Positions 18,970 to 30,400 of a stretch of 49,425 nucleotides of DNA are shown here, one piece after another. The position numbers were made by a program, and so were the translations under genes. Numbering within the stretch: the stretch's first letter is position 1; each line of letters starts with the position of its first letter. This stretch comes from Fibrobacteria bacterium (GTDB lineage: Bacteria; Fibrobacterota; Chitinivibrionia; Chitinivibrionales; FEN-1185): positions 1 to 49,425 of the forward strand of contig JBBIGR010000041.1 in assembly GCA_037447435.1 (NCBI GenBank), read 5' to 3'. The notes beneath the pieces are model-generated. The model was given only the letters and a program-made list of their open reading frames with translations. It did not search any database and was not told where the DNA came from.

Positions 18970-20226
18970 CTATTGCAGCACTTCTTTGATATCGTAGAAT
19001 ACCCCGTTGCTGTTACAGAATCTGCTTAAGCCTTCTCTCCCGAGGTCGATAAATTCCTTGTGCTTGACAGCCAAAACAACACCGTCGTAGGTTCCGATCA
19101 TTGGTGCATCTTTTATCGATTGGAAACTGTACTCATGCTTCACCTCTGCGGGATTTGCGACCGGGTCCCATGTTTCAATGACAACGCCGAAATCTTTCAG
19201 TTCTTTTATTATATCCAATACCCTTGAATTTCGTATATCAGGCACGTTTTCTTTAAATGTAATTCCCAGAATGAGAACTTTGGCGTCTTTGATTGATATC
19301 CTGTTATTGATCATCCTTTTGATCAATTCCCTGCCGAAATACCGGCCCATTGCGTCGTTGATTCGGCGGCCTGCCATTATTATTTGAGGGTGATGCCCGA
19401 TTTCTTCGGCTTTATATGCCAAATAATACGGATCAACACCAATACAATGGCCACCGACAAGGCCCGGTTCGAACGGTAAAAAATTCCATTTTGTTTTAGC
19501 AGCGGCCAAAACGTCCCGCGTGGAAATCCCCATTTTATCAAAAATGATTTTCAATTCATTCATGAGTGCAATATTAATATCCCGTTGGGTATTTTCGATT
19601 ACTTTTGCAGCCTCGGCGACTTTAATGCTCGCGGCCTTGTAAATGCCCGCTTTTACGGCAGTTCCATAAACCGCTGCTACTTTTTCCAGCGTATCGGGTG
19701 TGTCTCCAGATACGATTTTTGTAATGGTTGCAAAACGATGGACTTTGTCTCCCGGATTGATACGTTCGGGCGAATATCCTACATAGAAATCATTTTTCCA
19801 TTGCAAACCTGATTCTTTTTCAAGCACCGGCACGCATTCATCTTCCGTTACACCGGGATAAACTGTTGACTCATAAACGACAATTGCATTTTTTTTGAGG
19901 TTTTTCCCAACCGTACGCGATGCGGAAATAACCGGTGTTAAATCAGGATTATTATGTGCATCAACCGGTGTCGGTACCGCAACAATGATGAAATCGGCTG
20001 TTGAAATGTCTTTTGGATTGTCAGAATATGAAAGTTTTGCATTGACCAAAACGTCATCTTCAACTTCACCGTTAGGGTCTTTCCCAGATTTTAAAACCGA
20101 AACGCGGGAGGCGTTGATATCGAAACCGACCACCTTAAAATACTTTGAAAGCTCAACGGCCAAGGGCAGGCCGACATAACCAAGTCCAACTACGCAAATA
20201 TTAGGCAAATACATAGTTTTATCCAT
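18970..20226 (-). CDS. Nucleotide-sugar dehydrogenase (UDP-N-acetylhexosamine 6-dehydrogenase, TviB/WbpO-like)
   Basis: GLGYVGLPLA, ESTVYPG, SPERINPGD, GLVGGHCIGVDPYYL, FKENVPDIRNS. Confidence 0.92.
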   Translation of the reverse strand: MDKTMYLPNICVVGLGYVGLPLAVELSKYFKVVGFDINASRVSVLKSGKDPNGEVEDDVLVNAKLSYSDNPKDISTADFIIVAVPTPVDAHNNPDLTPVISASRTVGKNLKKNAIVVYESTVYPGVTEDECVPVLEKESGLQWKNDFYVGYSPERINPGDKVHRFATITKIVSGDTPDTLEKVAAVYGTAVKAGIYKAASIKVAEAAKVIENTQRDINIALMNELKIIFDKMGISTRDVLAAAKTKWNFLPFEPGLVGGHCIGVDPYYLAYKAEEIGHHPQIIMAGRRINDAMGRYFGRELIKRMINNRISIKDAKVLILGITFKENVPDIRNSRVLDIIKELKDFGVVIETWDPVANPAEVKHEYSFQSIKDAPMIGTYDGVVLAVKHKEFIDLGREGLSRFCNSNGVFYDIKEVLQ

Positions 20227-20228
20227 TT

Positions 20229-22667
20229 CTAGTGTGTAGTTCTCGCTAGGATTATTAGGGTTGCCACTGCAGTCAAAACCGTGGCAATTTTGAAAATTGC
20301 CTCAACTGAATCCATGAATGTCTTGAAATTATTTTTATATTCGATTTTTTGCGGGACGACAATAACGTCTCCGGGCGACAAAGCAGAAGCCAAAACATCT
20401 TCCTTTTTATTTGTTATGACGCTGCCGTTCGCTTTTATAATATAAACGTCCTTACGTGAACCGCTTTCTTTTAATCCCCCTGCAAACTCCACATATTCGT
20501 GGGCATAGGGATTAGTAACATCGAATCTGAATGTTGCAGGATTAAATACCTCTCCGAGTACGGTGACGGTCCCGCTTTGCTTGGGAACATAAACGCTGTC
20601 ACCGTCTTCCAATAAAAAATCTTTGTATGATTTTTCTTTGGTAAGGTCAATGACGATTCTACCGTCAGCTTCCTGCGCGCGAAGTTTATTGACAAGCATT
20701 AATTGCTGCTGCAAAAGCATCTGCGCATCTGCCGCGCTTTGTCCTTTGGAAGCCAAATCGGTTGTCAATTTAACGGCATCAGACTCAAGTTTATTTACAT
20801 ATTCGTCGTTTCGCTTCTGTTCCAAGCTCCTTACCGTTGGCCTAATGAGCAATGCTGCAGGGAGATATGCATCGTTTGTAAATCCACCCGCTCGGTCTAT
20901 CAAATGTCCGAAAGTCTCCCGTTCCATAAGCACATATTCGCCGGGATAAACGAATTCTCCCTTTAAAACCACCTTTTTTTCCTCTTCCCACCCTTTTTTA
21001 TTTCGGATATAAACACGGTCAAACCGTTTTAAAACAATATTGTTTTTCGGATCATCCGCCATTGCGCAGCTGACGCAAAAATCTATTTTTTCAGTGGTAA
21101 CGGTCTCATTTGTATAATTTCGGCGATACAATTCCCCATGTTCCAAGCTTGCTTCATCAAGCAAGCCGCCGGCTTTAATGATAAGGTCCCTTACCTTCAT
21201 GTTTTCAAGCAGTTTTTGACGAGCAGGCGCAGTTATTGCCCCGTCAATAGAAACCGTTCTGTCCGGCTCAAAAAAATCTCGGGAGTACACCACAACCTCA
21301 TCGCGCGGTTGCAAGGATATATTATCGGGAGACGATTTATCGTCAATTGCTTTTTTAAGATTGGCCGGAATAATTCTATTGAGAAAACTCGGCGGATCCT
21401 GCCGTAAAATAAGAACATAATCAAAATAGGTTTCCGGTTGCAATGCTTGATAATCAGGAATAAGATCCGAAAGTTTCATCCCGTCTTTATATTCATATTT
21501 TCCGGGCCGTTGAACATTCCCGCTTAAATACACCGCATTTTTGTTTTTTTCGACAACCGGAAAAACTTTTATAATGTCGCCGTCCAACACCTCAACGTCG
21601 GGGATTTCATTTGAAGATTCCGAAACGAGATCGAGCACCATTTGAAATTTATTTTCCTTAAACCGTTCGATTTGAATTCTGTTTGTCCATGCTGCTGGGG
21701 TTAGTCCGCCTGCCAAATTCAAAGCCTCTTTAAGCAAGGTATTCGGCTTAATTTCGTATAGGGCGCTTCTTCGAACATTGCCCGCTATTGCGACCATTTT
21801 CTTTACTATTGGTACTAAAATAACATCACCGGATTTTAGCCGCAGATTCGTATTGTCTTTTCCCGACATCAAAAAATCATAAAAATCAACGGTCGCCACC
21901 ACCGAGCCGCCCCGTTTAAGTTGCACGCCGCGTAAAGAGCCGCGTTTTGTCGGCCCGCCGGCGGCAAATAATGCATTCGTCAGGTTCGACAATCCGCTCA
22001 CCGTATAAAATCCGGGTGATTTGACTTCGCCGACAATGAAAATACCGACCGACCGCAATTCCCCCATGGAAACCGTTGCCTGCACACCTTCGATTGTCTG
22101 TACCCTGTCGAGAATGTTTTTTTGCAAAGCGGAAAACGGCAATCCGGCAACCGCGATCGGCCCGATATGGGGAATATTGATTTTTCCGTCTCTATCGACC
22201 CGTAAATGATACTCTTCATTCATTCTTCCCCATAGCAAAACCACAATCTCGTCTCCGCTGCCGATAACGTAGTCCGCCGGTGTTGACGAGTAGTCATTCG
22301 GTGCAAAGGTTGATGGTTTGTTCGACGCAAAAACATCGAGTCCGTAAATAGTCAAGGTTTTCAAAAGCGAATCCGGATCAATGGTTTTATTTTTTATCAA
22401 GTTTTCATATACTGACACAACTACAGAATTATCCTGTTTATTTTTAAGTCCGATTCCAGTCGTATCAAGCGAATCCGGCTTCTGATTATTGTATTCAGGG
22501 TTTTGAGGCTTTTTCTGATTTGATTTGGCAATGTTTTTAATTTCCGCATCAGACATTCCTTTTTGCTTGAAATACTGATGAAGTACCGCAGTGTCCGATG
22601 TATTTGGCTGAGCCATACTTGCAAGAATGAAAAAGCCGAGGAGAAAACCTGTTTTTATCCTTATCAT
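20229..22667 (-). CDS. SLBB-repeat polysaccharide export protein (KpsD/OtnA/Wza-like)
   Basis: Signal peptide; YVIGSGDEI..WG polysaccharide-export domain; repeated GEV..PG.Y...AGG SLBB units; C-terminal helix. Confidence 0.88.
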   Translation of the reverse strand: MIRIKTGFLLGFFILASMAQPNTSDTAVLHQYFKQKGMSDAEIKNIAKSNQKKPQNPEYNNQKPDSLDTTGIGLKNKQDNSVVVSVYENLIKNKTIDPDSLLKTLTIYGLDVFASNKPSTFAPNDYSSTPADYVIGSGDEIVVLLWGRMNEEYHLRVDRDGKINIPHIGPIAVAGLPFSALQKNILDRVQTIEGVQATVSMGELRSVGIFIVGEVKSPGFYTVSGLSNLTNALFAAGGPTKRGSLRGVQLKRGGSVVATVDFYDFLMSGKDNTNLRLKSGDVILVPIVKKMVAIAGNVRRSALYEIKPNTLLKEALNLAGGLTPAAWTNRIQIERFKENKFQMVLDLVSESSNEIPDVEVLDGDIIKVFPVVEKNKNAVYLSGNVQRPGKYEYKDGMKLSDLIPDYQALQPETYFDYVLILRQDPPSFLNRIIPANLKKAIDDKSSPDNISLQPRDEVVVYSRDFFEPDRTVSIDGAITAPARQKLLENMKVRDLIIKAGGLLDEASLEHGELYRRNYTNETVTTEKIDFCVSCAMADDPKNNIVLKRFDRVYIRNKKGWEEEKKVVLKGEFVYPGEYVLMERETFGHLIDRAGGFTNDAYLPAALLIRPTVRSLEQKRNDEYVNKLESDAVKLTTDLASKGQSAADAQMLLQQQLMLVNKLRAQEADGRIVIDLTKEKSYKDFLLEDGDSVYVPKQSGTVTVLGEVFNPATFRFDVTNPYAHEYVEFAGGLKESGSRKDVYIIKANGSVITNKKEDVLASALSPGDVIVVPQKIEYKNNFKTFMDSVEAIFKIATVLTAVATLIILARTTH

Positions 22668-22747
22668 ATTTGTGAAAACACCCTTATAAAAAAAATATAG
22701 TTATACATAAAATAATAATCCGTTTTCATAAATAAAACATAATACGC

Positions 22748-23695
22748 TCATGTATTATAATAATTTCTGTACCATGAAATGAAATTCTTTATCCCTCTAC
22801 CGATATTGGTTTTCGGTACATAGCCCATTGATTGGAGCTTCGATATATCGGCTACTGTTTCAACAACATCGCCTGCTTGCAAGGGCAAAAAATTCATTTG
22901 CGCTTTTTTTCCGCAGTTTTCCTCAATTTCACGTATAAAATCCAATAATAATTCTGACCGATTATTGCCGATATTGTAAATTTCTGACCGCTTTGGGGTT
23001 TTCAAGGTAATGCAAATCCCTTGGACTATATCATCGATATAAGTAAAATTTCTCTTCATTTTACCTTCATTGTAAACCTCAATGGGAGCGCCCTCCAAAA
23101 TTGCCTTCGTAAATTTAAACAATGCCATGTCCGGTCGTCCCCAAGGACCATATACGGTAAAAAACCGCAACCCGGAACAATTCATCCCATACAGATGACT
23201 ATAACAATGTGCTGTCAATTCGTTGGATCGCTTCGTTGCTGCGTACAATGAAATGGGCGCATCGACTCTATCGGATTCCGAAAAGGGCAATTTCGTATTC
23301 GCACCATAAACCGATGATGAGGATGCATAGACAAAATTTTCAACCTTAGTATGCCGAGCAACCTCGAGAACCGATAAAAAGCCCTCATTATTCGATTTCT
23401 GATATACAAAGGGGTGCGTCAAAGAATATCTCACTCCGGCTTGAGCTGCCAAATGGCAAAATGCTGAAATTGAATATCGCGAAGCGATGTCCGAAAGAGC
23501 CCCGTAATCGCAAATATCGGTTTTGTAAAAATGAAAGTTTTCATTTCCTTTCAAAATGTCAAGACGTTTTTTTTTCAGCATCGGATCATAATAATCATTG
23601 ACAATATCAATTCCGACAATTTCTTCGCCGTCCGAAAGAAGCTTTTTAGCTAAATGGAAACCGATAAATCCGGCAACGCCCGTCAGTAAAATCAT
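22748..23695 (-). CDS. NAD-dependent epimerase (UDP-glucuronate 4-epimerase-like)
   Basis: TGVAGFIG, HLAAQAGVRYS, YAATK, FFTVYGPWGRPDMA. Confidence 0.92.
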   Translation of the reverse strand: MILLTGVAGFIGFHLAKKLLSDGEEIVGIDIVNDYYDPMLKKKRLDILKGNENFHFYKTDICDYGALSDIASRYSISAFCHLAAQAGVRYSLTHPFVYQKSNNEGFLSVLEVARHTKVENFVYASSSSVYGANTKLPFSESDRVDAPISLYAATKRSNELTAHCYSHLYGMNCSGLRFFTVYGPWGRPDMALFKFTKAILEGAPIEVYNEGKMKRNFTYIDDIVQGICITLKTPKRSEIYNIGNNRSELLLDFIREIEENCGKKAQMNFLPLQAGDVVETVADISKLQSMGYVPKTNIGRGIKNFISWYRNYYNT

Positions 23696-24390
23696 GAGAA
23701 TAGTCTCCCTGTTTTAGGCCGTAACGTATTATCGCCTCCTTTTACCAGGCTTCCCCGGTGAAGCACCAATTCCCTATACTGACATGCGCGAATAATATAG
23801 ACGTCATGGGTTGCCATAAGAACCGTGGTACCCCAACTGTTAATTGTCTGCAAAAGCGCCATAATATCCTTAGAAACTCCGACATCGAGATTGCCGGTCG
23901 GCTCATCGGCAAGAAGCACCCATGGATCATTGACAATTGCACGTGCGATGCACACCCGCTGCTGTTCTCCGCCCGAAAGTTGTTGCGGATACGACGAACA
24001 TTTGTGCGACAATCCGGTCTGGGCCAAGACTTCGAACACTTTCCGTTTCACATCCCTTTCTTTTGTTCCCGTAACCCGCAACGCAAAGGCAACATTTTCG
24101 AATATATCTCTATCGTGCAATAACCTGAAATCCTGAAAAACGATACCTAGTTTGCGCCTGAGATGCGGAATGTCTTTGGGCCGGATATATTTCGAATCGT
24201 ATCCTCCGACAAAAACCTGTCCCTTAGACGGCAGTTCTTCCATATAAATGTGCTTCATAAGCGTGGTTTTACCCGCTCCGCTGGCACCGGTCAAAAAAAC
24301 GAATTCACCCTTGTCGATAAAAAACGAAACATCGGCCAATGCCTCGGAAGATTCTCCGTAGAGTTTTGTCACATGAGAGAATTGAATCAC
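23692..24390 (-). CDS. ftsE: Cell division ATP-binding protein FtsE
   Basis: [61 protein letters not shown]. Confidence 0.9.
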   Translation of the reverse strand: MIQFSHVTKLYGESSEALADVSFFIDKGEFVFLTGASGAGKTTLMKHIYMEELPSKGQVFVGGYDSKYIRPKDIPHLRRKLGIVFQDFRLLHDRDIFENVAFALRVTGTKERDVKRKVFEVLAQTGLSHKCSSYPQQLSGGEQQRVCIARAIVNDPWVLLADEPTGNLDVGVSKDIMALLQTINSWGTTVLMATHDVYIIRACQYRELVLHRGSLVKGGDNTLRPKTGRLFS

Positions 24391-25139
24391 AAGGGGTCTC
24401 TTTTCTTCAAAAGGAAATGGACCCTCTCTGATCGGAAGCTATATTTTTTTTGAGTAAAATTATCCCAAATGCCGATGACTTCAAACAGATTTTCAGGTAT
24501 GCTTTCTTTTATCGCCTTAATATCAAGTACGCGCTGAATGTGACGTTCGTGCGACTTTTTAAACAACAGGTCTTTTTCATTGCTTAATGAAAAAATGGTA
24601 AAATCGTTGTGCTGAAGGTTCCGGGCGTCGTCAAAATAACTGTGCCTGAAATAAAAAGCGTCGCCCAAATCATCCGCATCGACGTATTCGTTAAAATTGG
24701 TCTCGGAATTGTATTTTGTCGTGACATCAAAAAGAAACATTCCATCCTTGGCAAGATACCGATGCACTTCGGCAAAAAGCAATCGATATTCTTCAATTTC
24801 CAGAAGATAATTAATTCCGTCGTATAGGAATAAAAACAAGTCGAATTGCTTCGAGGTCTTAATCGGAAGTTTTTTTGCATCTGCACAAATAAAGCAAAGA
24901 TCTTTTTTACGAGCCTGCCGACACATCGAAAAAGATAAATCAGAACCGCAATACGTGAGTCCGGATTTCTTGCATAAATCGCCCAACACGCCGGTCCCGC
25001 CGCCGATTTCAAAAATCCTCGGATCGGAATTCGACGGTAAATTTTCCCGGAGAATCTGCGTTATCAAGCCCAACCATTGGGAATATCCGACATGGGTCAT
25101 AATCCGATCGTATAAGGGAGCCAGCGCCTCGTATTTCAC
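24387..25139 (-). CDS. Class I SAM-dependent methyltransferase
   Basis: YEALAPLYD, EIGGGTG, DLSFSM, DGINYL, LAKDGMFLFD. Confidence 0.88.
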   Translation of the reverse strand: MKYEALAPLYDRIMTHVGYSQWLGLITQILRENLPSNSDPRIFEIGGGTGVLGDLCKKSGLTYCGSDLSFSMCRQARKKDLCFICADAKKLPIKTSKQFDLFLFLYDGINYLLEIEEYRLLFAEVHRYLAKDGMFLFDVTTKYNSETNFNEYVDADDLGDAFYFRHSYFDDARNLQHNDFTIFSLSNEKDLLFKKSHERHIQRVLDIKAIKESIPENLFEVIGIWDNFTQKKYSFRSERVHFLLKKRDPL

Positions 25140-25145
25140 ACCTGC

Positions 25146-26438
25146 TCACAATCTGATATCGACATAAATGTCGCGGCGCCATTTCTTAACCAAATCGTAT
25201 AACTTTTTCTGCGATGCAATTTCCTTAGTTTTCTCGGCAAGCAAATCATAATCATCCGTCAATGTCAGGGCGCGGCTCTGAACCCGCTCTTCCAGACGGA
25301 AAATGACAATCTCATTACCATCACGTAACGGCTTGGTTATTTGGCCGGGTTTTAGGCTGTCGATTGCACTGCGCATTTTATCCGACAATGAAAAAAGCGG
25401 AAGCCAACCCATTTTCCCGGCTTTCCCTTTTGTTTGAATGTCCGTTGAATACTTCTTTACCGCATCGGAAAAACCATCTGCGGTAGTAACATGGGTTCCG
25501 ATGGAGTCCAACAACGCCATGGTTTTGTCGACAGCCGATTGCGGGGGAGAAACCTGGACAAATATTTGACGCACGTCGACCATTTGGTCTTTTTTCGCAA
25601 CAACCGTCACAATATGAAAACCGAGTCTGGACTCAAAAACATCGCTGATTTGCCCGACATTCAGTGAAAAAACCATTTCTTCAAATTTCAATTCACTCAA
25701 TGTGCCTTTTTTTATGAATCCCAGGTCTCCGCCGGATGCTGCGCTCGGGTCCTCGGAAAACTGTTTGGCAAGGGTCGCGAAATCTTCCCCATTGTCCAGC
25801 CGTCGTTTAATATTCGTGATTTTAGCATAGGCGATTTGACGAAGCGTGTCCGCGGGCTTCAAATTTACGGATAACTTCGACATCAAAACGCTTTCGCCAA
25901 TCGACGGAAGACTGTCTTTATATTGTGCATAAAAATTTTCAACATCGCTGCGGGAAATCTGTACCCCCGAAATATATTGCTGCGAAACCTTTTGCTTGAT
26001 GATTTGTTCCCGTATTTGGGAACGAAGCTGCGCCCGGAATTTGGGAATTCCCATTCCGTATTTTTCCTTTAATTCCTTTTCCAAAACATCGGCTGTAATA
26101 TTGTTCTGATGTAAAATTTGCTGTATATGATTGCTTACGGCCTGCTCGACTTCTTCATTGGTAATAGTGATCGTTGAATCCTTAGCTGCATGGACAATAA
26201 GGACCTTTCCATCGATCAATTCCTGAAGATATTGCTTTCTCAGAGCAGGCAATGCGGCGGAATCCGGAGCAGCTCCGCCGCTAGCGGTACTTCGCATCAT
26301 GGCATACGCGTCGAGCTCCGATAGTAAAATAACCGAATCGCCGACGATCGCTGCAATGCCGTCCAGGCTTCCCGCCCCGAAAGTCATAAACACAGTCGCA
26401 CATATCGTCAGCGCAATATACATAACAATTTTTTTCAC
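25146..26438 (-). CDS. SurA-like periplasmic chaperone/parvulin PPIase
   Basis: Signal peptide; DGIAAIVGDSVILLSEL; GEDFATLAKQFSEDPS..SGGDLGF; second rotamase domain. Confidence 0.88.
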   Translation of the reverse strand: MKKIVMYIALTICATVFMTFGAGSLDGIAAIVGDSVILLSELDAYAMMRSTASGGAAPDSAALPALRKQYLQELIDGKVLIVHAAKDSTITITNEEVEQAVSNHIQQILHQNNITADVLEKELKEKYGMGIPKFRAQLRSQIREQIIKQKVSQQYISGVQISRSDVENFYAQYKDSLPSIGESVLMSKLSVNLKPADTLRQIAYAKITNIKRRLDNGEDFATLAKQFSEDPSAASGGDLGFIKKGTLSELKFEEMVFSLNVGQISDVFESRLGFHIVTVVAKKDQMVDVRQIFVQVSPPQSAVDKTMALLDSIGTHVTTADGFSDAVKKYSTDIQTKGKAGKMGWLPLFSLSDKMRSAIDSLKPGQITKPLRDGNEIVIFRLEERVQSRALTLTDDYDLLAEKTKEIASQKKLYDLVKKWRRDIYVDIRL

Positions 26439-26441
26439 ATT

Positions 26442-27401
26442 TTACTCCTGCTGTTGAACTGGCAAAGAATCGTGAGATACATGGTCTTTTTTAATTTCAG
26501 CGCTGTCAACCGGTGATGATTGATGATCCGCAAGAACATCCAAATGCGCTTCAACGATCATTTTGGACCGCAATGTCGCTATCAGCTGTTCCAGTGCCGC
26601 ATTTTGCATCGTCGAGGCGAGAATGTTGACAATTTCATCGTGTACTTCATCAAGCCGGCACATTGTGCCTTTGGGTTGCTTGTCCACGACCCTCACAATA
26701 CAATAATTCGATCCGATTTGAATGACATTTGTCGTACCATTGACTTTTGTTGCGGAAATTTCCCGAGACAGATTCGCCGGCAGATCGTCAAGCTTAACAT
26801 ATGCAATAGCTTTAACGTCGGGCAACGGAACCTTGGAATATTGCGATGCCAAATAGACGAAATTATCCGGAGTCACCAGCGACCTGACCTTCCAGGCGCT
26901 TGCCGCATCATCGCAAACGATTTGCATGAATTGGGCTACATTCTTTTCCCGGATGAATTTGCCCTTGTTTTCCGCATAATATTTCGCAACCTGTTCTTCC
27001 GGTACCTTGACATCCTGTCCGGGGATGGAGTTTCTGCTGATCATTTCTGCGCACAAGAGATCTTCCTTCATCCGTTTGAGCCGACCGCGCACGGCATCTT
27101 CTTTGTCTATTTTCAACCGCAGCGCCTCGTGATACAGGATTTGATTGTCCATCCAACGCTTGACATAATTAACAATTTGTTCTCGGGTAATGAAATCGCT
27201 GTATTCGGGAGGGATAGTTTTATACAATTCATCAAGGGTCAATTCCGACGAGCCGACCCGTGCAACAACCGGGCTTTTCGGCTTAGCTTTACATGAAATA
27301 AAAAAGCAGGCGAATATCGTGCAGACGATGATTACGGAGTAAAAGCGAAGGGATCCTGTTTTTTGTGGTATCATAGGTAAAAAAGATACATAATGGGACA
27401 T
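26442..27401 (-). CDS. PpiC-type foldase-like lipoprotein
   Basis: FISC lipobox, VVARVG, degenerate parvulin domain; adjacent to the SurA-like gene; start codon uncertain. Confidence 0.75.
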   Translation of the reverse strand: MSHYVSFLPMIPQKTGSLRFYSVIIVCTIFACFFISCKAKPKSPVVARVGSSELTLDELYKTIPPEYSDFITREQIVNYVKRWMDNQILYHEALRLKIDKEDAVRGRLKRMKEDLLCAEMISRNSIPGQDVKVPEEQVAKYYAENKGKFIREKNVAQFMQIVCDDAASAWKVRSLVTPDNFVYLASQYSKVPLPDVKAIAYVKLDDLPANLSREISATKVNGTTNVIQIGSNYCIVRVVDKQPKGTMCRLDEVHDEIVNILASTMQNAALEQLIATLRSKMIVEAHLDVLADHQSSPVDSAEIKKDHVSHDSLPVQQQE

Positions 27402-27471
27402 TAAAAATCCATGACGCTCACGGTAAATGCCCGATTATTTTTTCAAACGGTTTAAATCGCCAAACAACGGC

Positions 27472-30400
27472 TTAAAGAACGGAATGTAAAATTGCTACGG
27501 TTTCCAAAGCCTGGTCATGAAGGTCTTTTGCATTAAGCGTAGTTTTTAAAACAACGACAGCTTCGCTTACCACATCAAAACGTCTATCGCTTTTCGAAAG
27601 AACTTTCCCGATTTTTTCCTTCACCAGGGCATTGTCGCCTTCAAATGCCAATTGGAGTACTTTTTCAGTTGAAATGGATATTTTTATACAGCCCAGCATC
27701 TTTGCCAAAACCTTGATGCGCATCATCAACAAAAGGGATTCGACGCTTTTGGGCATTGGCCCGAACCTATCGTTCAATTCTCGCTGCATTTGATCGACAT
27801 CCGCACTATTGGCCGCACCAGACAATTGTTGATAAATTGATATTCGCGCCGCCCCGTCGGCAACGTAATCCGTTGGAATGAAAGCTTCAAGCCCTATGTC
27901 AACCGTTGTTTCGATCTGTTTGTCTTCGGGCTTTGTTTCCCCCTTCAATTCCTTGACCGCTTCCTGCAGCAATGTACAATACAATTCAAAACCGACGGCG
28001 GAAATAAATCCGTGCTGATGCTCCCCAAGAATGTTACCGGCTCCGCGGATTTCCAGATCGCGCATCGCAATTTGGAACCCGGAACCAAGGTCAGTATATT
28101 GTTCCAGGACCCGTAGCCGTTTTAGAGCTATTTCGGATACTTCCTTAAACGACGGCGTTAAAAAATACGCGAAAGCCTGTTCCGACGATCTTCCGACCCG
28201 GCCGCGTAATTGATAGAGCTGTGAAAGCCCCATAGTATCGGCACGAATGACAATCATGGTATTAACATTCGGAATATCGAGTCCGTTTTCGATGATTACC
28301 GTAGACACAAGCACGTCAAACCTGCCCGCGATGAATTCTTTCATGATTCGGGCAAGCAAATCGCCGTCGTCCATTTGACCATGCGCGCAAATAACGCGGG
28401 CGCGAGGAACCATTTGTTCGATTTTATCTTTGATTGCATCAAGCGACTGAATCCGGTTGTTCACCACGTATACCTGCCCGCCCCTGTCAAGCTCATTCTC
28501 TATCGACTGGGCAAGGATCTCGTCATGGTATTCGGTGACATGCGTTTCGATCGGGAGCCTGTTACGCGGCGGCGTATTGATAATCGATAAATCGCGCGCG
28601 CCGACCAAAGACAAATGCAACGTGCGGGGAATCGGCGTCGCAGTCATGGAAAGGACATCGACTTTAAACCGATAATGCTTCAGTTTTTCCTTATGCTTTA
28701 CTCCGAAACGCTGCTCCTCATCGATGATAAGCAACCCCAAATTCTTAAACTCGATGTCCTGGGATAAAATACGATGGGTTCCCACGACGATATCGACCGT
28801 GCCGTCTTTGATCCGGTTCACGACGTCTTTTTGTTCCTTATTTGTCAAAAAGCGCGACAGCATGCCGATTCGGACCGGAAAATTCGCCATTCTCTGAAGC
28901 AATGTCGAATAATGCTGAGCTGCAAGAACGGTTGTCGGAGCTAAAATCGCAACCTGGTACCCGTCCATGACCGCTTTAAACGCTGCCCGCATCGCGACTT
29001 CGGTTTTGCCGAATCCAACATCTCCGCAAACCAATCTATCCATTGGTTTTTTCGATTCCATGTCCTTTTTGACTTCGGAAATCGCGCGTAATTGATCCGG
29101 GGTTTCATCATAAATAAAGGCTTCTTCAAATTCTTTTTGCCACAAGGTGTCCGGGGAATAGGCGATACCTTCGAAATATTGGCGTTTCGCATATAATTCG
29201 ATGAGTTCCTGCGCCATTTCGCGAAGCGATTCACGCGTTTTTTCCTTTACGCGTTCCCAAGCGCCGCTGCCGAGTTTCGACATTTGCGGAGCAATGGATT
29301 CCTTGCCGATATATTTTTGGACTTTGTGAAAATCTTCGACAGGCACGCTGAGTTTCGCATTGTTCTGATAGATGATGACCATGCAATCCCGCGAAACATC
29401 ACCGGCTTCCAGTCGTTCAATGCCCACAAATTTACCAATGCCGTGATCTATGTGAACGACAAAATCACCGGGCGACAAGCTGTCGTACGACGGTAGCTCC
29501 GATCCGATTCTGCTTTTTTTATGGGTAATTTGCCGGGAAGGCGGTCTGTCGAAAAGTTGCGTATCGGTAAAGATAAGGCGCTGTGCCGGTACATCGATGA
29601 AACCCCGATGCAAAAAACCTATGAACACCTTAACAAAAGGGCATGCGTCGCCGATCAGTTCCAAAAGCCGTTGGGCATATCCTTCATTTGCACAAACGAT
29701 TGCAGTAAAAAAACCCTCCAAATGGTATTTGGTAAGACTTTCCACAAGCGGGTCTATTGCCTGTGGAAAAGCGGGTTGCTCCGAGGTTTTGAAATCGTGA
29801 AAAAAACTAAACGATTCAATGCCGTTTGTGCCGATATACACATTTTGAAAAAGCGACAATCCGGCCACAGCATCGTCTTTATCGACCAGCAATTTTTCCG
29901 GCGGCGAAACGAGTTGCAAAAACGCCTGCGGAACACGTTCCAGATGGCGATGATAATTTTGCAGGCATTCTTCAAACCGGCGCGGCGGCGGTATTATATC
30001 GTCCCATACGATAACCGTATTCTGAGGCAGATAATCAATAATAGTAGCCTCTGCTAAGGCAAAATGATGCAAAAACCATTCGATACCGTCGTGATCGGAA
30101 AGGCTTCGCCATTGATGGGAAAGTTTCTGCACTCCTGTGTTCGCTTCAGATTTTTTTTCTGCAAAAGCAACAAGCGAGTCAAGACCTTTTTCAATGTCTT
30201 GTGCGGTCAAACAATATTCCTTCATGGGAAATATTTCAACCGTTTTCCGGTTTCTCGCCGACTTTTGCGAGAAAACATCGAATTCCCGTATGGTTTCCAC
30301 AGTGTCGCCGAAAAATTCGATACGAACCGGGCCATCGGTCATGAACGGATATATATCTATAATACCGCCGCGAACGCAAAAGCTTCCCACGTCGGCTACG

